From Camelus dromedarius (lineage: Eukaryota), in assembly GCF_036321535.1 (NCBI RefSeq), contig NC_087447.1, forward strand, positions 45,324,001 to 45,388,000: a DNA stretch of 64,000 nucleotides, given 5' to 3'. This document shows positions 52,957 to 64,000 of this stretch, in pieces. The notes below the pieces were generated by a model, which worked only from the letters and a program-made list of their open reading frames with translations, was not told the DNA's origin and did no database searches. The translations under genes were made by a program, and so were the position numbers. Numbering within the stretch: position 1 is the first letter of the stretch; each line of letters starts with the position of its first letter.

Positions 52957-53799
52957 AAAAGATGTAACAGTCATGATCTTATGTTCTTATTATCAAAATA
53001 AATAAGCATAAGCATCTAAGAAATATAAGAAGAGATTATAGAAATGTGGTTCTCAATCAACTCTAATTATTATATCATCTTATTTTTGTATACAATTATA
53101 TGATTCATTTTACAATATGCTATTATAATAGGGAATATGCTATTCCATTTAAAAAAGCTAAACCTATAATCATTTTTACACCTTTGTATATAGTAAATCT
53201 ACCTGTGTCAAATTAGTCATAGGACACAAAATTTAAAACAAATCACACAGCATGGCAGAAAGAATGTGGATTTTGAAGAAAAAAGGTACCTCTATGCTTG
53301 TCTTCTTTACATACATTTGTGATCTTGAACAAGTTAATTAAACTCTGAGTCTCAGTAAATTCATCTATCAATTAATAATAACAAAATGCACCTTGGAAGA
53401 GCTTTTCTTTGTGGATTTGAGAAAATGCATATTGCCATTGACACTCATGTGTTCTGTTAATTACATTAACGTCATTATCGCTGGCAAAGACAAGTCTGAA
53501 AGTTTTGACCTGTCAAAATACGTTAAGAAGGAACAACATTCAACCAGCAGAAAACTATTAAATGATACATTTTATATAATGAAATATATAGCTAAAATTA
53601 TAAGTGTTAAATAACCTTTTAAAATTATTATTTTCAAAAAATGAAAATGATTATCAAGCTTTCTCCCTCAGTTACTCCCAACATTGCTTTCTCTTACAAT
53701 CCCAGGGCCTCCAGCCCAATGACATGCTTACTTCTGATTCCTTCTTGTCTTCATTTACCCTCACATCCTGGATGGACTTTATTGTTCAGTTCTTTACCC

Positions 53800-53895
53800 T
53801 TTTTTTTTTTTTTTTAAATGGAGGTACTGGGGATTGAACCCAGGACCTCGTGCATGCTAAGCATGTGCTCAATCACTGAGCTATATTCACCCCCC
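53800..53895 (-). mobile_element. tRNA-derived SINE (Vic-1-like)
   Basis: Same head sequence with polyT tail; TSD TGTTCAGTT(T)CTTTA. Confidence 0.9.
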
Positions 53896-55197
53896 TGTTC
53901 AGTTCTTTAGAGACTTTATGTCAGTATCTTACGGTTTTTTGTTTGTTTGTTTCTTTTCAATCCATTTTAGACATTTTCCTCCTCTATATTCTTCCGAGAA
54001 AACATAACAAACAAAGCAAAATTATCCCTTATTGAGCTTTTAACATTTCCAGGTTTTCACCAACATTTACATAAATTAATTTACACACATTTTACCAGCA
54101 ATTTTAGGAGTATTTATTTAATCATCACAACAACCATTTCAAGAACTTCTATCATCCCCATTTTACAGATGAGGAAGCTAAAATGCAGTGTGTAGTGAAG
54201 ACACCAAACCATAAGAAATTAGGGCTCACACACAGACTGGCTCAAGTCCATGTTCTTAACAACTAATTATAGTAATTTGAAACAAAGATTCAAATTTAAT
54301 TTAATCTGATGATTGATCATTCTCAAGTCTCTTCTGCTCTCACATTTGTTTTCTAAACTCAAGGCACACGTAACAGAACTGCCTAGGAGACATTTCTACT
54401 TGCACACTTACAGACGCAGAATGCCCTAAACTGAGTGGGTTCCCTTAATTCTTTTTCCAAATTTAGTGTATAAGACAAAGCTTAGTGCTAAAGAGTCAAA
54501 CAACAAATAATTGTTGATGACTTAAAAAAACTGTTTTCTTCCTGTGATCCTTTTCTTATTATATGGAACTGCTCTCCACTCAGGTAAAATCAGAAAAGCA
54601 GACATTATCTTTCACTACTTTTTCTCCTCAATCTACCACCATCAGTCAGCCACCAACCTCTCTACTTCCTGAGTCATAGAATCTCACTCCCATCCAATTC
54701 TATCCAGCCCTACTGACAACACCTCATCATAGCCACACCAATACTATTTCTCACCTGGATTATTGCAACTGTATTTTATACTCTCTTCACCCACTTCTCT
54801 ACTTTTCCAATGTCTTCCTCAAACTTTAAACAAAGAAAAGATATAATAATGATTATCTGGTTATGTCCCCTTCCCCCCTTATTTCATACTCATTGCTCTT
54901 AGGGTAAAGTCCAACCTCCTTAAATGACCCTACCTGATTAGAACCTGCAACCACAGATACATTTTGTGTCAAATTTTCCAACATGTTTTGTTTTAGCTAT
55001 TCTAAAAATTTTTAAAAATTCATCATATTTTGTCTTGCCTTTGGCCTCCCATCTTCCCTCTGGAACTAAACTCTACCGTACTTACAACTATCATATTCCT
55101 TATAATTTCATTGCTCAGTTATCAGCTTAAGTCACAATTTTTCTGGGAAGTTTTCTCTGATCCCGCAAATATTTTCTATGTATTCTCCTTAGCATGC

Positions 55198-55345
55198 TTT
55201 TTTTTTTTTTCTTACGGGGGAGGTAATTAGGTTTATTTATTTATTTACTTATTTTTAGAGGAGATACTAGGGATTGAACCCAGGGCCTCATGTATGTTAA
55301 GCACACACTCTACCACTTGAGCTATACCCTCCCCTTCCCCCTCCC
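55198..55345 (-). mobile_element. tRNA-derived SINE (Vic-1-like)
   Basis: Same head sequence; TSD TAGCATGCT. Confidence 0.9.
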
Positions 55346-57023
55346 CTAGCATGCTACCTTTCATATAGTAATGACAGTGTTACGAGCATTTATGGTAAAT
55401 ATTTTCTCTCTAGTACTCATGGCATGGTTACAGTCTGTGAATAAAGAGATCATGTTCCTCCTTGTTAACCTGACACAAAATGATCAATGATCTAAAGATA
55501 ATGTAATTCGAAGATTACCTTGACTGTCCCCCTACACTGGGCTATTAAGAAATCCACTGATGCTCTTCTGGATAAGAACTTATTTCTCCAAAGAAACAGG
55601 AAAGACAAAAATGCAACTGGAGTCATAATCTCTATGAGCAACAATGGTATATGTGACCCCTGAGAGAAACTAGCATACATTTGGAACTGAAGGTTCTCCA
55701 GAGGCCCACGCAGATGGAAGATCCCAGGTAAGACGGCAAATACTACAGCCAGATCACTTTTCTTTAGGAAACATTGACTGTTTCCTGAGGATATTGATTG
55801 ATGCCTGAAAAGCCTGAGGGCCTTGATTGAGTGGCTCTGCTCCTCCCAGAAAGAGGAGGGAGGGTAGAGAGACCCAGGAGTCTCCTGAGTGGCTATAGAG
55901 CTAAAACTCTGGGGAGGTGATTCCTACATGCATGAGGTTTATAAAGGGGCCTCTTGAGGAGGCTGAGTGAGGGAATCACCTGGACTGAGTCTTCAAATAG
56001 GGCAGCAGTGAATCCCTATTCCAGGAGCAAGACTGGAGTCGGGGAGTGTCAGGAACAGAAAAATGGAAGGACACCTCTCCCTTCTGATGTTAGATGCAAC
56101 CAAGGAAAGAATTTAACTTTTTGCCAGAGGCTTGCCTAGAGGGAAGATCCCAGCTGAGGTGAGGAACTCGGCAGCACAGGCTTTTTCATTCTTTTAAATA
56201 ACGGTGTTCAAGGAACTGAATGAGATTTGGCTTTTCTCCTCTGGGACCCTTGATCAGCACAGGATGACTGTGTGTGCCCAGAATTAACTGTGGCTTTGTG
56301 TGCTCTTATCCTTTGTCTGGTAGAGGTCTCTAGGCTTTATCAGATCCTAACAGCAGACCGTGTGTTTACCGTAGGAACTCTCTCTTAGAAAGGGCAGGGG
56401 TCCTTGTTAGCGAGACTCATCAGGAAAATTCCTGGGATTCTGACCTTGGCTCATCACCCTAGAGTCTATGGGGGCCTCTCCCTCATCCCGCTCCAGAGGA
56501 ATGGAGTATACAGAATTAAACCCAATTATAAACTCCTGGTTCACATTGTGAGCTTCCTCAAGACAGAGACTGTGCAATAAACACAGTGGCAGTCATGTGG
56601 CATGTGCTCCCAAATTCTGTGCAGAGTCAAAATGGTACTTTCCACTTGTCCCAGATGATACAGAGAAATGATGCTTCTACTGGCTGTTTATACTTTCATG
56701 TACACATTGTCCCTTGAAGGACCGTACATCAGATATTGATAAGACAAGACCCCCAGAACCCTAAGAGGTCATTAAAGAAAATACACGCTCTTGGGAGCCG
56801 CCTATCAATTTCAGGATCATAGTTTCCCCATCTATAGCCAGACAAAGTAATTATTAAGCACCTGGTATAATTTTCTTAACATTTATCAGGAAATAAACCC
56901 ATACACAGCCAGGCTATTTTAATGGCATTTTTGCTACATAATACAGGCTTGGGAGGATGCATATAGTATGGTCTCACATCTGAGGAAACTGACTATAGGA
57001 TGCCTAAGCTTGAAGACAGTATC

Positions 57024-57170
57024 CTTTTTTTTTTTTTTTTTTTTTTTAAGTGGAGGTAATTCGGTTTATTTATTTATTTAATGATTTAATGGAGGTACTG
57101 AGGATTGAACCCAGGACCTTGTGCCTGCTAAGAGTGCACTCTACCACTGAGCTATACCCTCCCTGGCCCC
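57024..57170 (-). mobile_element. tRNA-derived SINE (Vic-1-like)
   Basis: Same head sequence; TSD CTTGAAGA(C/A)AGTATC. Confidence 0.9.
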
Positions 57171-58352
57171 CTTGAAGAAAGTATCTTGTACTCTTAGAAA
57201 TCCACAAACTTTATTCTGGATAAATATCAGGGTCCTCTTTTACTCCTGTGATGTTTTCTCCTTGTGTTTTCTCTTTATTCCAAAAGGCTCAGGGACATGA
57301 CCTGCTTTTCTAAGAGCAACCACAGCCTTCTCTGTATCTTGTTATTTTTCTGACCCACACCTAGCTATGGAGAGAAACACAGTCTCTCTGTTTCTCAAAC
57401 ATTGTTCTGCTCATAAGAAACAGTAAAAACATGTGTCGATTTGGTCTTGAATGTTTTATTAAATGTCTCTGCAAAGACCTAATTTTCAGGGAGTAGCTCA
57501 CAGAAATTTTACAAAGTCTCTATAGTCTGGAAATATAGTTAATTATTCTGCATTTCTTTTCTTAGATGAATCCAGGACCTTATGCACTGTTGCATATTTT
57601 TATCCCTGGGGATAGTTCACTATCTCACCCATCTGTCTTTCTCTTCCTTTTATACATTACTCTCTCATCCATGTTTTCAAACCAGAAGCTTTGAGGAATA
57701 AAACAACATTTGCATAATAATCATAATTTAAACCTCTATGTGACTTAATTGTGCTTTAATTTTAGGGAACTTGCAGTGTTGGTGATTTCTATCCCAATGA
57801 GTATCCTGCTTATACAGACACAACCTCAGAGCATTCTCTTACACAAGATTTAGATTCTTTGTGATTTGTCCTGATTCTGATCTATTTCTGATATTACGGA
57901 TATCTTATGAAGGAGGGAAGTATTCCACTGCTCGGTACTGAGACATGTCTTGATGCTTCTGAATTTATGGTAAAATAAGACTTAAGCATAAAAGGTACTA
58001 GGTTCTTTATTTTGGGTTGTGGGAACCAAGAAAATGGAAATAGCGTAGATGACTGATACCTTTCAGCTCTCAGAATATTATAATGTGACCGGTCACATGA
58101 GCAACAGCTCATCAAGAGGTAAGTATTGGAAGAAAAAGAGATAGAGATATGAGGAGACATAGAGAAAGAACTTGAACCTTCAATTAACGTCAAGTAATTT
58201 TGGAAAGGGCGGATGCAGAAAGAGAACCAGTGAATGGCGAAGGAGCAATGAAAACTATCATGTGAGGATATTTGGAGGGAATGAAGTAATCAGTCAGGTG
58301 GAAGAATAAAAAAGCATCTACCTCCAAAGACAGAATAGATATGACACGTTTA

Positions 58353-58465
58353 GAGCAGTGCTTCTCAGATATCACTGTGCTTCTGAACCACCTGGGGATT
58401 GTGATAAAATGCGCATTTTGATTCAATGGGTTGGAAGTGGATTCCAAGGCTGTACGTCCAACAAA
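58353..58465. mobile_element. MER5-like DNA transposon remnant
   Basis: CAGTGCTTCTCAGA...GAACCACCTGGGGATTGTGATAAAATGCGCATT. Confidence 0.6.
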
Positions 58466-59137
58466 CCCTCGTACTTAATTGTTAATTGTGGCTGGCTATG
58501 GCTTCTGATAGCCAGCCTCTAGAAAGGGGTAACTGGTGGAGTGACAAAGCAATTGGAAGTGATGGTAATGCTTATTGCATTCCATCCAACACTGATACTC
58601 GGTTTCAAAAGCAAACAAAGAAAAGCATTTTAGCTGAAAGTATTTATCATGATTGTGAAAGACAAAATTAAAATCAAAATTGAATGTGCCCCTAAAGTTA
58701 CCAATCACAGCAAGAAAGCAGTTAAGTAAGATTCTTACCCCTTTGTAATTATTCATCTTGCTTGTTGTTGCTATCACTATTGTTGCAAAAAAAAAAAAAA
58801 AAAACCACGCATACACACAATATGAGAATAGGAAATAGGAAAAATTAGGAAATAGGAAAAATTAATGTAAATGTTTCTTTTAATTTGAGAAAAAATTAAC
58901 CACTAACCTAATATTTTTTTTTCTAATTATGGAAAGACCAGTATAACTCATCTTAAGTGTAACATGCATATCTCTACTCTTCTGCAGGAAAATACTTGCA
59001 GTTACATTTATCTCATCAATTAATTATCCACAAGTATGAAGATTGTGATGGAGGCTTCTTTGCTACGTTATCACTGAAAAATCTGGGTTCCTGGGTAAAA
59101 GGTTTCAAGAAGGCTGCTCTCCCCCTGTGCACATACT

Positions 59138-60076
59138 ATGTGGCCCAAGAGGAGTGCTGCCCCCTTTCTGCTGACCGGCTTCCCAGGTCTGGAGGCAGCC
59201 CATCACTGGATCTCCATCCCCTTCTTTGCAGTCTACGTCTCTGTGCTACTTGGCAATGGCATTCTCCTCTACCTCATCAAGGATGACCACGGTCTTCATG
59301 AACCCATATACTATTTCCTTGCCATGCTGGCAGGCACAGATCTGATGATGACATTGACCACGATGCCAACGGTAATGGGTGTCTTATGGGTGAATCACTG
59401 AGACATAAGCCATGGGGCCTGCTTCCTGCAGGCCTATTTCATTCACTCCCTTTCCATTGTAGAATCGGGTGTCTTGCTTGCCATGGCCTATGACCATTTC
59501 ATTGCCATCCACAATCCCTTGAGATACACTTCCATTCTCACCAATACTTGAGTGGTAAAGTTAGGGATGGGAGCTTTTATGAGGGGTTTTATATCCATCA
59601 TGCCTGCAGTCCTGCGTCTTTTTTCATTTCCATATTGCCACTCTCATGTTCTCTCCCATGCTTTCTGTCTTCACCAAGAAGTCATGAAACTGGCCTGTGC
59701 TGACGTAACTTTCAATAGACTTTACCCTGTAATTCTGATTTCTTTAACATTCTTCCTAGATTCTCTGATCATTCTCTTCTCTTATATCCTAATTCTTAAG
59801 ACTGTCATGGGCATAGCCTCTGATGAAGAGAGAGCCAAGTCCCTCAATACCTGTATCTCCCACATCAGTTGTGTACTCATCTTCTATGTCACTGTGATGG
59901 GCCTGTCATTCATCCACAGGTTTGGGAAGAATGTGCCACAGGTGACCCACGTTATAATGAGCTACGTCTACTTCCTCTTTCCTCCTTTCATGAATCCTAT
60001 CATCTACAGCATCAAGATCAAGAAAATTCAATATGGCATTCTCCACCTTTTATTTAAACGTAGATTTGGAAGTTAA
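59138..60076 (+). pseudogene. OR51B2: OR51B2-like olfactory receptor pseudogene (two in-frame TGA)
   Basis: Full 312-codon frame with TGA at 59399-59401 and 59549-59551. [22 protein letters not shown] and QYGI...RFGS match recalled human OR51B2. Confidence 0.9.
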
Positions 60077-63000
60077 GCTCTGATGTAGAGGATTGCCCAG
60101 AGAAGATGGTGGGGATTTGAGATTGCTCTGAATGGAGGGCCATAGAATTTGACTAAGTCTCTACACCTCCTTGGCGCCTCCACTTCTCCAAAGTATAAAA
60201 TGCCACTTATAAAACTTATCAGGAGTCTACCCTCAAATTTATAGGTTTGTCATCTGTGAGGTTTCTGGGTTTTTTTTTTTTTTCTCATTTTCCTGTCTTC
60301 TTGTGTCCAAATGCTAGATAGAGGATAGAAACGTTTTTGGTATGCCTGGAAGATTAAATGCAGCCTGATATCATGTTTCTTGCATATTCAATTAATTTTC
60401 ATTGTTAAAAAGCATAACACATGTTCAGTTTGTTGAATCATCTGCAGGCCTTACTCTGGACTTCTGTGATCATATCACTTGGTCATTCTGTCAGGATGTT
60501 CATGCTTTCCCAATTTATTTGTGGGAACTTATTATAAGTGCACCCTAGTAGGCCATTTATATTGCAAACATTTCCATTTTATTTATCTTTTTATATATAA
60601 AATTTAAAATTTAATATGTAAATAAGTTTATTTATATTTACTTTATTGATATTTTGGGTCCATATGATAAAGGCCTCCCTGATTCCAGGTTTATTTATAT
60701 ATTTTCTTTTTTTTTTTCACATAACTTCTATTTTAATATTCTATTTTATCATAGGTTAATAATTGGGGAAAAGTAAGGCATTTAAGTCAGTCCTCCTTGT
60801 ATCTATTTTTTTAAAGGTTATAGCACTAATATTATTCATTCATTTGGCTGATATTTTAAGGCAAAGGACAGAAATTATGCTAAACAAAAATGATCTAGCT
60901 ATAAGCAAACAGACATTAAATACTGCCTTATGTGTATCACAACCCACTGGAGAATAAAAAATAAAACAAAACTAAATTTAAAACAATCCCTGTGACCAGT
61001 GACAAAATGTAAAGAACAAATGGCTTTGAGGCTATAGGTCTCAAAAGGGATCACATCAAGACTAAGGAAGGGAAAGTTTCCCTGAGTAGTGACTCTTCAG
61101 CTGAGATCTGAGGGCAGATTAGACAATAACTGGTGAAAATAGGGGTAAGAATGTTTTATGCAGAAAGCAGTATGTGGGGAGGATGTAGGTGGGCTAGATC
61201 ATGGAGACTTCCATGAACACGGCTGACATGAAGAGGGTGGTAGTTCTCAAGGAGAGGGTGAGAGGAAAAAGGACGTCAAATCAAGAGCATGCTGTTGGTC
61301 ATGGCAAGGGTTTGGGTGCTTACCCAAAGAGTCACCAGAAGCTGTTGAATACTTCTAAGCAAGGAGAGGCATAATTTCAGTGATGTGTACAAATTATAAG
61401 CTCAGGAACTGTGTGGATTTGAGTGAGGCAGGAGGGGAACAAGAAAATCAGAAAGAAGACAGTGCATCAGTTTCAGAAAGAGATACCAATAGCTAAAATT
61501 ACTCAAGTAAAGATGCACGTAGTGGACAGACATGAGATATATTTAGGATCTGAAGTTAACAGGATTTACGGGTATTTTAGAAAAGTATATAAAATTTGGG
61601 GAGGAAATAATACAGTATTAAAATTCTGGATTATTTTATTTTAAGAAAAGTAGTGCCACCAACCCCAAGAAAGATTACTAGTTATGTATCACATCCTTCA
61701 ATCAGAAAAAATTTAATATTTAAAAATATTTTGGAAATTCTAGGGTGATAAAAAGTCCAAATGATAAAGTTGTGACCTATTAAAATGACCTTTGGAAATA
61801 TTCTGTACTGCAGCTCTTAGCTTTTAAGGGAAGCCAGTAACATCTTCATTAAATAGTCATATATTGAAATAAATATTAGTATGTGTATCTTTTTGCCTGA
61901 TTATTAATAACTACAGTAAAAGCTAGGACTATGTCAATATGTGCTGAAAGGTTAGAGGGTACAAGACAATAGACTAAAAGACTGAAGTTGTTGACACTAA
62001 AAAAATCTCATAGAACACATGGGTCTTTGCATTTCTATACAGGGAGAGGACAGGATGGATCAGGGTTTCTACTGAGTGATTTTTACTGGAGTTTATTCAA
62101 GAAAAAAAATATCAGCCATTTCTAAGTCAACAGCTAAACAAAATACTCAAGATAACACATAAATTATAATAAGAAACAATGAGTTAGAATTGGAGAATTA
62201 GCAAAAGGCACAAATATAAAGGGAGAATAATGAACAACTGGATTCCCCTCTGAGCTAAGAGCAATGCTACATTGAAAAACGAAGGTTTTTTTCAGCTTAA
62301 ATAGCACTTCTTCTAAGGATTTTTCCAGATCCTAAATATACCTGGTATGCTCCCCTCACAGCACACTAGCTTTCATGCAGTGATGACTGTGTTATGTAAA
62401 TTTGTGGAAATATTTTTTTCCTAGCCCCCACTGAATTTTGAAGTTCTGTGAATGAAATGAACAAGTCCACCACCCTGAACTTGGCACAAATGGGCAATAA
62501 TCTGAATATAAACAGAGTAATATTAAGACACAATATAAGATGTCCTTTATGCACATGGCTGTTCACAGATCCACTGAGGTTTCTGTGGGTCAGAACTGAT
62601 TTCCCCACAGAAACAGGAAAGATAAAAATGCAATTGGGATTCACAAATTCTAAGACCTAGGAACAAAGGCACATATGTCTCTTGAGAGGAACTACTCTCC
62701 TCTGACCTTTAGGTAACAGTAAGATGTGCATGGATTTCCTAAATCCTGATGCTTAGATCATAAAGTCACAGCCTCACACTTGTGTGGCATTCCCACAGGG
62801 GGTCAACCTTGGCATCCTCACACCAGTGTGACATTTGAATTTTCATTTTCCTAATACATCCTTGGGGAATCAAAGACTTGGAGACATTGTTTAAGTGTCT
62901 CCCAGAAGAAGAAAGAGGAGGGCCATCAAAGAATCTCCCAAGTGGCAGGAAAGTTCATACTCTGGAGAGGTGACTTCTACATACAAAAACTCTCTAACCT

Positions 63001-63915
63001 AGACTCCTCAAGAGTTTTTGAGATGGAAAGATCTGGACCAAGTCCTCAAATAAGACAGAAACAAGGAACCATTTCAGCAACAAGACTGTGGTGTGGATGA
63101 GTGCCAGGAACGGAAATACGAAATGACTCCTCTCCCTGATGATGTTAGATGCAGGCAAGAGAAAAAGAAAGAAAGATTTTCCAGAGGCCTGCACAGTGGG
63201 GCATACACCACCTGGGATGGTCAACACCTATAGCACAGCCCTTTCATTAGGACAAATGTGTCAAGGCAGGTTTGGAATCTCTAATAGGGGACACATGGAT
63301 GGGCTTCAGAAAAACTGTAAATGCGTTTCATCTAAGGGTGACATGTCTGCTCTTCTCCATTTTCTCCACAGAAGGTTTATGTCTTTTGTTAGAATTCTAT
63401 AAAACACTGACATTCAATTTAAAAACAAAACAAACATTTTCTAACAAAATGTTCTCTATCATGATTGTGAAATAGAAAATTAAAATCAAGATTAAGTATA
63501 TCGAAAAATTATCACCAAACAAAACAATAGTCTAGTAAAGCAAAATTACTGTCCATTTCTATATATTTATCTTCTCTTTTTGTTACCATTATTGCTTCAT
63601 ACATTTTCTAGTGTATGCATAAGAGTGGAGCCTGGTGTTTCTTTTAATTGAGAAAATGTTTGCCATTAACCGAACATTGTACACAGCTTAGGAAAAGACC
63701 TTCATCCTTACCCTTAGTACAGCCTCTGTAGCTCTATTTCTCTTCTACAAGAAAATAATTTCAAAGACATACGTATACAAAGTAATTATCCTAACTACAA
63801 AGATTGTGATTGAGGCTACTGTGATATATTCCCACGAGGTGACAGTGCCAACTGAAAAACCTGGGTTCCTGGGTAGAAGGTTTCTAGAAGGCTGCTCTCC
63901 CTCTGTGCACATACT

Positions 63916-64000
63916 ATGTGGCCCAAGAGGAGTGCTGCCCCCTTTCTGCTGACTGGCTTCCCAGGTCTGGAGGCAGCCCATCACTGGATCTCCATCCCCT
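63916..64000 (+). CDS. 5' end of a second OR51B2-like gene (cut by the window end; intactness unknown)
   Basis: [28 protein letters not shown]; 84/85 nt identical to 59138-59222. Confidence 0.85.
   Translation, partial: MWPKRSAAPFLLTGFPGLEAAHHWISIP

Overview
Mammalian genomic DNA, probably camelid: six short tRNA-derived SINEs resemble the Camelidae Vic-1 family. The window covers the OR51B block of the class I olfactory receptor cluster. By recalled human synteny this block lies upstream of the beta-globin LCR, which should lie beyond the right end. There are five complete OR51B genes: two on minus (OR51B6-like) and three on plus (OR51B5-like, one unnamed, OR51B2-like). A sixth, OR51B2-like, is cut by the window end. 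All five complete genes carry 1-2 inactivating lesions. The left 17 kb has no recognisable gene. It holds a well-formed bipartite CTCF site (3.16-3.19 kb), a KLF/GATA/TAL1/AP-1 motif cluster (15.2 kb), a young 5'-truncated L1 with a 16-bp TSD, and a rearranged ERV1 block with oppositely oriented gag-pro and pol-LTR segments. The CTCF site and motif cluster are candidate orthologues of the far-upstream globin hypersensitive sites (mouse HS-62/-60, human HS-111/-107). I see no evidence of a wholly new biological system. The best leads are regulatory and evolutionary. Repeat family names and orthology calls come from recognition by eye, not database searches.
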